64,000 bases of DNA from Acidobacteriota bacterium (GCA_004356105.1 SMYC01000026.1:11020-75019); one strand, 5' to 3'. Positions 1 to 10,222 are shown, numbered from the stretch's first letter. The notes: a model not told the origin generated them from the letters alone. Made by a program: numbers and translations.

Positions 1-143
1 GTTACGGCCATCGGGTGAGATCGCCATCCGCTCCCTTTCCCTCTGTTGGTGGCCTTCCTGTAGAGGAAGGGCCAGTCGTGTGACGACAGGCGGGCTGGGA
101 CGTGCCAGCCACCAGACCGCCAAGCCGGTGACGAGTATCGCCA

Positions 144-530
144 TTACCCACGCGATCCGCTCTCGGGCTCGACTCGACGGGGGGGCGGCGCACCGTTCCC
201 GCCGACGCGACGGCGGGCTCGTCGAGGATTTATGTCCCAATCGACTGACGACGGTTCTTGCGATCCTTCCTGAGGCATCGGCCCAAGAGGTTCAAGACCC
301 GTGGGTCGAGCCCCGCCGGAAGCGCGTTCCAATCCGGGCACGAGCTCGAGCGCGAGATATTGCGTGCCTTCGAACTGTTCGAGACCGTAGATCGCAGCAA
401 TGTTCGGGTGGTTCAGTGACGCCAGCACCTTCGCCTCGCGCTGGAAGCGTCTCAACCTTTCCGTGTCCTGGGCGAATTCATCGGGAAGTACTTTGATTGC
501 CACGTCCCGGCTGAGCTTTCCATCCCTCGC
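144..530 (-). pseudogene. Ser/Thr protein kinase fragment (N-lobe subdomains I-V only)
   Basis: The translation VYRARDGKLSRDVAIKVLPDEF...RFQREAKVLASLNHPNIAAIYG matches Hanks kinase subdomains II-V. An in-frame TAG lies immediately upstream of VYRA. No Gly-loop and no C-lobe are present. Confidence 0.5.
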
Positions 531-600
531 CCGATAGACCTATCCATGTCGTCCACGGTTTGTCAGGAACGCGTGGCGGCCATAGCCTCGCTTCGTATCT

Positions 601-795
601 TCAAAAAACTTCACGTGAGGGTTGTGTGTCAAGTTCACCGGGCTCCATCGGCGATGGTGCGAGCCTCGTCCACAACACGATGGACGTTTGTGTCGGCTCG
701 CCGGAAGCGACCCCGAGTGTGAACGGGCTTTCGCGAAACCGCGGTCTCGACATGATCGCGGCTGAGACGGCTTTCAAGAAGGCTCGCCGACGCAT
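601..795 (-). pseudogene. PhoD-like alkaline phosphatase N-terminal fragment (Tat signal only)
   Basis: MRRRAFLKAVSAAI...PFTLGVASGEPTQTSIVLWTRLAP matches a Tat signal plus the conserved PhoD N-terminus. Only 64 aa remain before the ORF runs into the kinase fragment. Confidence 0.4.
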
Positions 796-869
796 GGCAA
801 ATAGTATATATGCTGCCCGTGGATGACTAGATAACTTGTATACTGGCGCCCATCTGGGAGGGAGAAGCG

Positions 870-1724
870 ATGAACTCGAAGCATTTCGTTGTGGTTACTG
901 GGCTAGTTGCCGGGCTGGTTGTCGGGCTCGTCACGATGCATGGCTCGCTGAACGCGTCGTCCACGGAAGCTCCGCCGGACGGGGAGCTGTACAACGTGGT
1001 GAAGCAAAAGCTAGCGGACGGCAAGCCCGTCGTCGGGGGCACGGTGTACACGTCGGATCCGAACATCTATTGCGCGATGGCGGATGCCGGGTTCGACTTT
1101 CTGTGGATCGAGATGCAGCACAGCCCGCTCAGCTTTTCCGAGGTCGCGAGGATGATTTGGGCGTGCAAGGACGCGCCGGCGATCCCGTTCATACGCGTGC
1201 CCGATGCGACAGAGGGTGACATTCAAAAAGCGGTCGATATCGGCGCTCTCGGGATCATCGTCCCGATGGTCGATACGGTAGAGGAAGCCGAAGCGGCCGT
1301 ACGTTACGCGAAATATCCGCCCATCGGCCGCAGAAGTCAGGGCGGCGGCCAGTACCGCGCGCTCTGGGGGAAAGATTATCGCCCGACGGCCAACGACAAC
1401 ATCATGATCGTCGTCATGATCGAGACACCTGACGGGATCGCGATCGCGGATCAGATCGCGGCGGTTCCCGGTATCGACGTCGTCTTTGCCGCGAGCGGCG
1501 ACATTGGCAGCTTTACAGGTTACAAGCAGGACGACCCGCGTTACGAAAAGCTCATCGCGAAGATCCACGACGACGTGCTGAAGGCGGGAAAACGACTCGG
1601 TGGCCCGTTCGGGTGGCACGATCGCGAGGGATTCCAGTTCTTTCAAGCTTCGAGCGAGGCCGGCCTCATCAGGGCGGGCGCCAAGAGTCTGCTCGAGACG
1701 ATGAAAGGCGAGTACGAGTACTGA
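870..1724 (+). CDS. HpcH/HpaI family aldolase (2-keto-3-deoxy-acid aldolase), N-terminal TM/signal
   Basis: 284 aa with typical HpcH/HpaI blocks (DFLWIEMQHSP, GIIVPMVDTVEEAEAAV, IMIVVMIETPDGI). A GGGAGGG RBS sits 6 nt upstream of the ATG. Confidence 0.7.
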   Translation: MNSKHFVVVTGLVAGLVVGLVTMHGSLNASSTEAPPDGELYNVVKQKLADGKPVVGGTVYTSDPNIYCAMADAGFDFLWIEMQHSPLSFSEVARMIWACKDAPAIPFIRVPDATEGDIQKAVDIGALGIIVPMVDTVEEAEAAVRYAKYPPIGRRSQGGGQYRALWGKDYRPTANDNIMIVVMIETPDGIAIADQIAAVPGIDVVFAASGDIGSFTGYKQDDPRYEKLIAKIHDDVLKAGKRLGGPFGWHDREGFQFFQASSEAGLIRAGAKSLLETMKGEYEY

Positions 1725-1763
1725 TTGTTGATGCGATATACTCTCGCTCGAGAGGACTAGCAG

Positions 1764-2021
1764 GTGGCGAGGACTTCTAAAGTTGGGCGCAACGATCCCT
1801 GCCCTTGCGGGAGTGGCAAGAAGTACAAGAATTGCTGCGAAGGGAAACGGGGAAAGTTGACGCCTCTCCAATGGGGCGGGCTCGGCTTGCTGGCGGTTGT
1901 CGCGGGAATCCTCGTCTACGTGATGCTCAACGCGGCGACGGGAAGTGCGGGCGGTCTAAGGGGAGCGCGCCGTTGTCCCGCGGGCCAGGTCTGGTCCTCC
2001 CAGCACGGGCATTGCCACTGA
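1764..2021 (+). CDS. SEC-C motif domain small membrane protein
   Basis: [15 protein letters not shown] is the SecA-type SEC-C metal-binding motif. It is followed by one hydrophobic helix. Confidence 0.5.
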   Translation: MARTSKVGRNDPCPCGSGKKYKNCCEGKRGKLTPLQWGGLGLLAVVAGILVYVMLNAATGSAGGLRGARRCPAGQVWSSQHGHCH

Positions 2022-2045
2022 ACTAGAAACTAGACAGAGAGCTCG

Positions 2046-3443
2046 TCAGGCGCGTCTGCGAATACGTACCGCGCTCTCGAGCTGAAAGCTCGTCTGGGGC
2101 CTCATCGAAGAAAGCCAGTCGTGCAGGCGGTCGATGCCGTCGGTAACGCGGGAGCAATAGCGACGCAAGAACGCTTCGTCGAGCGCTGCTTCTTTCGGTA
2201 ACGCATCGGCGGCGCGCATGGCTTCCGCGCCATCGAAGTCCACATAGGCGAGCCGCAAGGTGAGCTCGTCCTTGCTACGACCGAACGCGGAGCCCGGCAC
2301 GGTGGCGACCCCCGTCTTGTCCAGCAGATGCGTGCAAAGCTCTTCGCTCGAGCTTACGCCGCTCTCCCTGAGCTCGTACTCGAAGGCGCCAAAATCGGGG
2401 AAGAGGTAGAAGCCGCCATCTGGAGTTCCGAGCCGCAAGCCCGCGTCACGGAGCTTGGCCGCGCAGTGCTGGCCGAGAGCGCTCAAGATGCGTCGCGACG
2501 TGCTCAAATAGGATTCGATCTCGGGCCCACCCACGAAAGCCTTGATGGCCGCGAATTGAATCGGAGCACTCGTCGCCGTGAAGGTCTCACTCGCGACCGC
2601 CGCCATGGCATCGAGAAGCCAATGGAGGTTGTCGGGGAAGGTAAACGTCCCGAGTCTCCACCCGCCCGCACCGCACCATTTGCTCAGCCCTGAGCTGATG
2701 ATCGTGCCCTCGGGGTAGTACTCCGCGATGGACGTATGTTTTCCGGCGTGGTGGAGCTCGCCGTAGATCTCGTCCGACAGCAGGACGACGCGATAGCGCC
2801 GGGCAACCTCGGCGAGCTGGCGTAGTTTGTCCTTGCCGTAAGAATATCCCGTCGGGTTGTGCGGGTAGTTGAGAATGACCAGTCGCGGGCGGTCCGGATC
2901 GTCCGCGCAGAGCTCCTCGAGCTCCGCGGGCATCAGGCCCCAATTGTTGTCGGCTTGGGTGCGAAGCCATCGGACTGGGCGCCCGATGATGTGAGCCTGT
3001 GGCTCGTAGGACACCCACGACGGCGTGGGAATACAGAGGTCCCCGTAATAGACGAGCTGAATCAGAAACATCAGCTCTTTGGAGCCGGGACCGACGAGTA
3101 CGTTGTCGCCCGTGCACTGAATGGAGTGCTTGCGCCCATGATATTGCGCCACCGCGTCGCGCAATTCGCGAAGCCCTTTGACCGGGAGGTAGTCCTTCTG
3201 GTGGGCGTTCTCCTTCAGCGCCTCGACGACGGAGCGCGGCACGGGGAACGGCGATTGCCCGAGGCCGAATTTGAAGATGTCACGGCCCTGTGCGATGAGC
3301 TCGGCGCTGAGCTCGTTGATGGCGAGGGTCGCGGACGGCGTGAGGCCGCGAACATTCAGGTTCAAGTTGACGGATGGGTAACTTGTTTTGCCTGGGTTGT
3401 TTGTCTCGGTCGTCATGGCTTGAGGCTCAGTGTTTGGGGACAC
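2046..3443 (-). CDS. PLP-dependent aminotransferase, class I/II
   Basis: 465 aa. It has the NYPHNPTG and SKWCGAGGWRLG blocks of fold-type I aminotransferases. A long antisense ORF overlaps and is ignored. Confidence 0.8.
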   Translation of the reverse strand: MSPNTEPQAMTTETNNPGKTSYPSVNLNLNVRGLTPSATLAINELSAELIAQGRDIFKFGLGQSPFPVPRSVVEALKENAHQKDYLPVKGLRELRDAVAQYHGRKHSIQCTGDNVLVGPGSKELMFLIQLVYYGDLCIPTPSWVSYEPQAHIIGRPVRWLRTQADNNWGLMPAELEELCADDPDRPRLVILNYPHNPTGYSYGKDKLRQLAEVARRYRVVLLSDEIYGELHHAGKHTSIAEYYPEGTIISSGLSKWCGAGGWRLGTFTFPDNLHWLLDAMAAVASETFTATSAPIQFAAIKAFVGGPEIESYLSTSRRILSALGQHCAAKLRDAGLRLGTPDGGFYLFPDFGAFEYELRESGVSSSEELCTHLLDKTGVATVPGSAFGRSKDELTLRLAYVDFDGAEAMRAADALPKEAALDEAFLRRYCSRVTDGIDRLHDWLSSMRPQTSFQLESAVRIRRRA

Positions 3444-3629
3444 TCGGGAGCTGTCACGACGCCTCTCGCGACGACTCGATGGTCATCTTTGGCCTCCCGA
3501 AAGAACAGGACGTAGAGAAACGCTATATGAGTCCTGCTTCAAGTATAGAAACGGGTCCTGCTTCTGTCAAAAACAGCGCCCATCGACAGGCGTACCGTCT
3601 AAAATTCTCAAGTGAAGTAGAATTCCGCG

Positions 3630-5285
3630 ATGGAATGCCCAAAGTGCCTCGCCCCGCTCGCTCTCGCGGCGTTCTTGCCGGCCTGTGCGCCCGACGAGCG
3701 CCCGGTCTTGCGCATCGTCTCTGACGCGACCTTCGCACCGTTCCACTTCATCAGCGACGGGGGCACGCCGACAGGCTTTGATATCGAGCTCGTACGGCTC
3801 ATCGCCGAGCGCGTGGGACTCGAGCCCACCGTCGAAGTTCTTCCTTATGGAGAGCTTTTCGAAGGGCTTTCCGCGAAGGCGCACGATGTGGTCGCGGCGA
3901 CCACGGGGTGGACCGCGGAACGCGCGGCGGCCTACCTCTTCACCGAACCCTATTTCGTGACCTGTCAGGTCGCGCTCGTGCGCGTAGGCTCCGATGAGCC
4001 CGCCACGCTTGCGGAGCTCTCGGGACGGCGAGTCGGGGCTTCAGGGTCGGGGACAGCCGCACGTGCGATGCGGAGCATCGAAGGAGCCACGCCGGTTACC
4101 CTCGAGGAGGGCGCCGGGCTCGAGCCGCTCTTGACGGGTGCCGTTGATGCGATCATCGTCGACGAGTTCGATGCGGTCGAGGCGGCCCGGGAATCCGATG
4201 GACAGCTCCGCGTGTTGGCGCAGCCTGTCGCGAGCGAACGTTATGCTTTTGTTCTTGCTCGAGACAGGCATGCGCTGAAAGCGCAATTGGATCAAGCGCT
4301 CGCGACGCTCGAAGCAGAAGGTGAAGTTGCGGCGCTGCGTGCACGCTTCGGCGTCGAGAGGGACGCCGAGTGGCCCGTACAGATTGTACAGATAGGCTCC
4401 GGCATGGTCGTGACCGAAGGCGTCGCACAGAAAAGCGGGCCGTGCTCGGTCACCATCGACTGTCCGGTCGACGGGAACGTTCGCGAAGCGTTCTGCGGCG
4501 AGATCACGGCCGCGGACGGAAGTGTGTGGGAGGTCCCGGGTCCTATCACCGACGGCGCCGCACTCGTCGACGTCTACAACGAATGTACCGTAGGCGGCGA
4601 CAATCCTGACTTCGAGTCGGAGCTCGCGACTATCGTCGTGGACGAAGACGGCTCCGAGGTGACCGCCTACCTGTTCGGCGACAACTATTTCGAGCTCTAT
4701 GCGAACGGGCGCTTTATCGGCCGAGACGCCGTGGGCTTCACGCCATTCAATGCGCACGCGGCGCGCTATCGGGCCGCCTATCCGATCACCTATGCGGTTC
4801 TGCTCGTCGATTGGGAAGGCTATCTCGGGGTGGGGCTCGAGGATACGCGCAATCGCTTCCATATCGGTGACGGCGGATTCATCGCAAGCTTCAGCGACGG
4901 CGCCAGGACCGGCACCGAATGGAAGTGCAAAGTGTTCTATATCTCGCCCCTCGACGATGCGAGCTGCATCGAGGTGGACGCCGCCGGAAACCCCGACTCT
5001 TCCGGTTGTCCGAGCAGCGACGACACCGTGGCCTGCATCAGTTCGGACCCGACGAGCACGTGTCGCGGCGCGCATTTCGAGCTCCCCAGCCTTTGGATGA
5101 GCCCAGATTTCGACGACTCGGCCTGGCTTCAAGCGAAGACTTACACCGCCGACGAGGTCACCGGCTCCCCGGGTTTCCGCAATTACGAACACACTTTGTT
5201 CAAAGACGCCGCGTTCATTTGGACACAGAACCTGAGGTTGGATAATCTGGTCGCGTGCCGCGTGACGGTGGCCGCACCTCCCTGA
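3630..5285 (+). CDS. lipoprotein: family-3 solute-binding protein (amino-acid ABC type) fused to a ~300 aa Cys-rich domain of unknown function
   Basis: The N-terminus has a lipobox-like LAAFLPACAP followed by SBP_bac_3 blocks (DIELVRLIAERVG..., AAYLFTEPYF). The C-terminal 300 aa carry many Cys and Asp/Gly-rich stretches with no recognisable family. Confidence 0.65.
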   Translation: MECPKCLAPLALAAFLPACAPDERPVLRIVSDATFAPFHFISDGGTPTGFDIELVRLIAERVGLEPTVEVLPYGELFEGLSAKAHDVVAATTGWTAERAAAYLFTEPYFVTCQVALVRVGSDEPATLAELSGRRVGASGSGTAARAMRSIEGATPVTLEEGAGLEPLLTGAVDAIIVDEFDAVEAARESDGQLRVLAQPVASERYAFVLARDRHALKAQLDQALATLEAEGEVAALRARFGVERDAEWPVQIVQIGSGMVVTEGVAQKSGPCSVTIDCPVDGNVREAFCGEITAADGSVWEVPGPITDGAALVDVYNECTVGGDNPDFESELATIVVDEDGSEVTAYLFGDNYFELYANGRFIGRDAVGFTPFNAHAARYRAAYPITYAVLLVDWEGYLGVGLEDTRNRFHIGDGGFIASFSDGARTGTEWKCKVFYISPLDDASCIEVDAAGNPDSSGCPSSDDTVACISSDPTSTCRGAHFELPSLWMSPDFDDSAWLQAKTYTADEVTGSPGFRNYEHTLFKDAAFIWTQNLRLDNLVACRVTVAAPP

Positions 5286-5523
5286 GAACACGACGACCGC
5301 CGGCCTCCGTGTGCGGTAAGATTCGGCCATGGGTCGAGCATGGGGGGTGCCGCCTGGAGCACCGCTGCGGATATTCCTCGTCGCTTGGATCGCCGGCGCC
5401 TTCTTTGCCCGTGCTCCCATCGGTGAACGAGACAATCGTGGAAGGCGCGGCCGTCTGCGCCTTTTTTCGAACGCGTGATGCGAGCTTCCTGCGAGACCGA
5501 TTTCGCGTATTACGCACCGCACA

Positions 5524-5832
5524 GTGCTGTGGGACGGCTCCGCACGGGCGTCATCCGTACGGGAGACATCTGTTTCCGTGGAGCTCGCGGGCGAGCTCGA
5601 CCTTCAGGGGTTTCTCGCCTTGAACGACGCGATTCGTCCCGGCTACCAGAAGATTCGGGGCCGGGTGAAAATCAAGTCTGACGCGGACCCCGAGACGCTC
5701 GAGAAGCTCCGACAAGCCGTCAACGCGCACTGCCCGGTTCTCGACATCATCTCGAACCCGGTACCCCTGTGGAGCTCGAGCTCGTCCACGAAACGGCCGA
5801 GGATGCCGAGCGCGTGCCATCGGCCGGATAAT
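5524..5832 (+). pseudogene. OsmC/Ohr family protein, truncated and frameshifted
   Basis: KIKSDADPETLEKLRQAVNAHCPVLDIISNPVPL matches the OsmC C-terminal block with the conserved CP. The expected ending (ELELVHETAEDAERVPSAG-stop) is in another frame from about 5770. The N-terminal half is missing. Confidence 0.4.
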
Positions 5833-5922
5833 ATCGGGCTTCTGTCCCGCCGGCACTCCATGCGCTTCCAATCCTTCGCATAAGCCGATACCATCCCGCC
5901 GCAAGCACAAGGAGGCTTTCGA

Positions 5923-7095
5923 ATGCGAAGAATTACCCTGACCCTCGTTCTGTTGGTATCGCTGGTCACGCCGGCCGCGGCCGAGGACCACAAAATCATC
6001 GCCCCGCCCGGATCGAGAACCGACCTGCCCTTCAGCCCCGCCGTGATGGCGGGCGACTTTCTCTACTTGTCGGGCTCGCTCTCCGCGGAATCGACGGATA
6101 TCAAGGAGCAGGTCAAGCAGACGCTCGAGAATCTCAAGGCCACGTTGAAAGCCGCGGACATGGATCTTTCACACGTTGTGAGCTCAACCGTTTATTTGTC
6201 CGATGCCCGGTACTTCAGCGCCATGAACGAGGTCTACCGGAGCTACCTCCCCGATGCGCCGCCGGTGCGGGCCACGGTCCAGGCCGACATTGCCATCCCC
6301 GCGGCACTCGTCGAGATCGCCATGATCGCCGTCAAGCCCGGCGTCGAACGTAAAGTCGTGATGCCCGCGGGGGTAACGGAGTGGACCGCGCCCTACAGTC
6401 CGGGGATTATGGCGGGCGACACGTTGTTTACCGCGGGTATGGTGGGACGCAAGCGCGGCGCACCCGCTTCGGAGCAGCCGATGGATGTCGCGGGGCAGAC
6501 GAGACAGGCTCTGGCAAACGTCGAGGCCGTGCTGACCGCGGCGGGCATGAGCAAGACCGACGTGACGTCCTGCAATGTCTATCTCCCGGACGCCCGCCAT
6601 TTCCAGGACATGAACGGCGCTTACCGCGCTTTTTTCTCCGAAGCGCCGCCCGCGCGCGCCACCGTTCGCGCTGGCCTTATGGGCACAGGCCTCCATGTCG
6701 AGATCATGTGTGTCGCCGTCAAGGGCGGAGACCGCCGCATCGTTGGGCCGAGCCGCCCCAATGCCACTCTTTCGCGGGGCATTCGCGTGGGCGACCGCCT
6801 GTTTCTCTCCGGCATTACCGGGCGCGGTCCCGACGGCTACGCGCCCGGCGATGTCAAAGCGCAGACCCGTCAGGCCCTCGAGACCATCAAGGGGCTTCTC
6901 GCGGAAGAGGGGATGGACTTTACCAACGTGGTTCAGGGCCTCGTGTGGGTCACCGATATCCGGGACTTCCAGTCGATGAACGAGATTTACCGCGAGTTTC
7001 TACCCTCGCCTGCGCCCGCCCGCGCGACGGTGGGCTCGCCTCTCATGTCATCGAGCGCTCTCGTGGAAATCATGATGATCGCGGTCGAGCACTAG
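5923..7095 (+). CDS. secreted protein with three tandem RidA/YjgF/TdcF (L-PSP) domains
   Basis: Signal peptide MRRITLTLVLLVSLVTPAAA. There are three ~125-aa repeats, each with the RidA signature (AGDFLYLSG, AGDTLFTAGMVG, VGDRLFLSGITG ... ARATV...VEI). A GGAGG RBS precedes the ATG. Confidence 0.75.
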   Translation: MRRITLTLVLLVSLVTPAAAEDHKIIAPPGSRTDLPFSPAVMAGDFLYLSGSLSAESTDIKEQVKQTLENLKATLKAADMDLSHVVSSTVYLSDARYFSAMNEVYRSYLPDAPPVRATVQADIAIPAALVEIAMIAVKPGVERKVVMPAGVTEWTAPYSPGIMAGDTLFTAGMVGRKRGAPASEQPMDVAGQTRQALANVEAVLTAAGMSKTDVTSCNVYLPDARHFQDMNGAYRAFFSEAPPARATVRAGLMGTGLHVEIMCVAVKGGDRRIVGPSRPNATLSRGIRVGDRLFLSGITGRGPDGYAPGDVKAQTRQALETIKGLLAEEGMDFTNVVQGLVWVTDIRDFQSMNEIYREFLPSPAPARATVGSPLMSSSALVEIMMIAVEH

Positions 7096-7149
7096 CGCCA
7101 GCCGACAAGTCAAACCGCGCCGTGGTGCGGGCTCGTGCATCCATCGGAA

Positions 7150-7330
7150 AAGTAGGTATCGCACCGCGGGCCAACACGGAGACTGCGGAAGACATCTGGA
7201 TGCTAGGTAAGGATGGCGAGCCTCAGCCGTTTGTCGTTACGCGTTTTCGTGAATGGGCCCCGCGTTTTTCTCCCGACGGGCGTTTCCTGGCTTACGTTTC
7301 CAACGAGTCGGGCCGGCACGAGGTGTCCTG
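7150..7330 (+). pseudogene. PD40/TolB-like propeller blade remnant
   Basis: EPQPFVVTRFREWAPRFSPDGRFLAYVSNESGRHEV is a single WD40-like beta-propeller (PD40) blade with no gene context. It ends abruptly where the HNH frame begins. Confidence 0.4.
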
Positions 7331-7659
7331 GTGTGCGCGGCATCGCTGCCGCGGTGAAGCGTTTCGTGTGGAGGCGAGATGGCGGGCAGTGCACATTCGT
7401 TGCGGATGATGGCAGACGATGTCCCGAGCGCAACCGGCTCGAGTACCATCACGACGATCCGTACGGAAAGGGTGGCGATCGTAGTGCGAGCAATGTTCGG
7501 CTCCTATGCAAATGCCACAACCTGTACATGGGCGAGCTGGACTTCGGCAAAGAGAAAATGGACGCGTACCGTCGTTCAGCCGACCGGGTCGGTGAACCGG
7601 TGCCGTCGTTTGAGCTCTGTCCGGGGAGAGTTGAACCTCGCCCACTTGTTGCGATGTAG
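7213..7659 (+). CDS. HNH endonuclease domain protein (DUF222/13E12-type HNH C-terminus), probably a fragment
   Basis: WRRDGGQCTFVADDGRRCPERNRLEYHHDDPYGKGG...NVRLLCKCHN is a canonical HNH motif. The N-terminal 40 aa have no similarity and the true start is uncertain. Confidence 0.5.
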   Translation: MASLSRLSLRVFVNGPRVFLPTGVSWLTFPTSRAGTRCPGVRGIAAAVKRFVWRRDGGQCTFVADDGRRCPERNRLEYHHDDPYGKGGDRSASNVRLLCKCHNLYMGELDFGKEKMDAYRRSADRVGEPVPSFELCPGRVEPRPLVAM

Positions 7660-7783
7660 CTCCCGGCCAAAATCGCCGCAAGAAAGCCATCTCGTTGGCG
7701 GAACAAAGCCACACCCGTGGTGTCTTATATAAGGAATAAGTTGTATCCGGCCGGGGTAGCTCAGATAGAACGAAGGAGGCACT

Positions 7784-9066
7784 ATGCACCCTTTCAGGAC
7801 CACCTGGCTTCTGGCAGGCTCGATCATCATCATTCTTATCGCCGTCTCATCGGCGTTCAGTCATAGGGGCCACAAAACGCCCGAGAAAGCCGCGGTTGCG
7901 GCGATCGAAACCGAAGGCGCGTCGCCGGCCGGTGCTATCGCCCCGTTCGTGCAGAAGGGCATCGATTGGCTGGCCGCCGCGCGCAGCACGCGGACGGAGG
8001 CTGGGGCGCCGGCTCCCATGCCGCGCAGCGCATCCGCGACCCGCACGCGGTGAAAACCGACCCGGCCACGACGGCGTTTGCGGGGCTTTCACTTCTCCGC
8101 GCCGGTGCGCACCCGGAAGCCGTCAAGCGTGCGACGGACTACGTGGTCCGCGCGGTCGAAGCTGCTCCCGAGGCCGGTCCGCTCATCACCGACATTACCC
8201 GCACGCAGCCCCAGACGAAGCTCGGGCCTTTCATCGACACCGTCCTGACCGTTCAATTCCTTTCGCGCGTTGTCGAGAACCTGCCGGAGGGCAGCGATCG
8301 GATGAAACGGGTTCGCGGCGCGCTCGAAGGATGCGTGAGGAAGCTCCAAGCCGCGCAGCTCACGGACGGAAGCTGGGGTGCCAACAGAGGCTGGGCCCCC
8401 GTGCTCCAGTCTTCGCTGGCCACGTCGGCGCTCGAGATGGCGAGCGTTGCCGAGACCGACGTGAACCCGAAGTCCTTGAGCCGCGCGCGTGATTATCAGA
8501 AAAGCCTCTTCGATGTCGCCACGGGACGCGCTTCGGGCGAGGGGGCCGCGGGCGTCGAGCTCTATTCTCTCGCAAGCGCGAAACGCGCGAACGCAGCCGG
8601 CGCGCGCTACGCGGTGAGAGCGATCGAGGAGGCGATAGCGAAGGGAGACCTTCCCGCCGACGCCGAAGTGAGCGAAGCGAATTTGGACGCCGCCGGAGTA
8701 CCCGCGGGTGTCGCAGGCGGTGTCGCCGAGTCGTTTTTTGCAGCCGACCTGCAAGGGGACAGGCTCGCGAACGACGACGCCCTCTTGCGTGGTTTCGGCT
8801 CGAACGGGGGCGAGGAATATCTCAGTTATATGCAGACGAGCGAGGCGCTCGTGATTGAAGGTGGAGACGCGTGGCTGCAGTGGAAAGAGAAGATGCACTT
8901 CAAGCTCGAGAAGATCCAGAGCCCGGATGGCAGCTGGACCGGACACCACTGCATCACGAGCCCGGTCTTCAGCACGTCGGCGGTGGTACAGACTCTCACC
9001 GCGGACCTCGACGAAGAGCTTCTTCGGAAGGCGGCTACGCTTCTGAGAGAAATGAACGAGCCATGA
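7784..9066 (+). CDS. prenyltransferase/squalene-oxidase repeat (QW-motif, alpha-alpha toroid) protein, TM-anchored, with a frameshift near 7980-8050
   Basis: The N-terminal TM is followed by QKGIDWLAAA. The protein continues in another frame as HADGGWGAGS..., and further QW motifs follow (QLTDGSWGAN, IQSPDGSWTGHH). It can only be read as one protein by changing frame. Confidence 0.6.
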
Positions 9067-10222
9067 GAACGCGCTTGCTCGCGTTCGTGCCGCTTCTGCT
9101 CGCGGGGTGCGGTGTGGGGTCGTCTACCGAGCCGGCGGATCCGGAGGGCATGCTTGGCCGCGCGTGCGCCTACCTCACGAGTCAGCAGGCGGAGGACGGC
9201 GGGTGGCACAGTCAGACCTACGGCCTGGCCCGATCGGGCCAAGCCTGGACTCCGTTCGTCCTGCACGCGCTCCTCGAAGCTTCCGAGAGCCATCCGTCGG
9301 TGCCTCGACCGGACGTCGGGCGCGCACTCGACTTCATTCGTCGACATATTAACGAGGAGGGGGTTCTCGGCCTGGCGGATCCCGACGTGCCTGAATACCC
9401 CAACTACGCGACGGCTTTCGCGCTTCGTTCTGTGGTTCGCGTCGGACGTGAAGAGGACCAACCGCTTGTCGAGCGGATGCGCAGCTTTCTGGCGGCGGAA
9501 CAGTTTCAGGCAGAAAACGGCTACGATGAGACGTCGCTGGCATATGGGAGTTGGGGATTCGGTGGCCCTCGCCCCGAGGGCTCGCCCGGCCACCTGGGTC
9601 TCTCCACACCCGGCACGTTCTCCAGGCGCTCCGGGAGGCGGGGCTTTCCGATCCCAACGTGTACGAACGGGCGCAGGCGTTCTTGCGGCTCGTCCAGCGA
9701 CACCCCGCCGATACGCGACCTCAACCTCCGGTCACCGAAGTCGCCAACGAGAACGTCCCGTACGATGGCGGGTTCTATTTCTCGCCCGTCGTTCTCGAGG
9801 CCAACAAGGGCGCGCTCGTCGAAAGCGAGGACGGCTCGTACTTCGAGAGTTACACCAGCGCTACTTGCGACGGTGTGCTCTCGCTCCTGGAAGCAGGGGT
9901 AGCGAAAGAAGACGAGCGCGTGCTCGCGGCGCGTGAGTGGCTTCAGAGCCATCCGCGTCTCGACTACCCTGAAGGGATCCCGGAAGATGACCCCGAGGCC
10001 TTCGGTGACGCGATCTTCTTCTATCACCTTGCCGCTCGCGCCGAGGTATACGAAGCGCTCGATTGGCCCGGAGACTGGCGCGACGCCATGTCCACGGAGC
10101 TTGCGCCTAGACAGCTCCTGGACGGGAGCTTCGTCAACACGCGAAACCACCTCATGAAGGAGGATGACCCGCTGTTGGCGACCGCACTTGCGGTCATCGC
10201 GCTGACCCGCGCCGCGAGGTGA
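9063..10222 (+). CDS. prenyltransferase/squalene-oxidase repeat lipoprotein (paralog of the upstream gene), with a frameshift near 9580
   Basis: ATGA start/stop overlap with the upstream gene. Lipobox LLLAGCGV. QW motifs QQAEDGGWHSQ and RQLLDGSFVNT. The reading frame changes between SWGFGGPRPEGSPGH and LHTRHVLQALREAGL. Confidence 0.6.

Noticed and set aside
4041-5522. 493-aa ORF on the minus strand
   Set aside because: It is entirely antisense to the SBP-fusion gene and has no domain similarity. Long antisense ORFs are expected at about 65% GC.
7755-7790. tRNA-like start GGGGTAGCTCAGATAGAACG
   Set aside because: The D-stem does not pair, and the sequence runs straight into an AAGGAGG RBS and the ATG of the next gene. 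It is not a tRNA.
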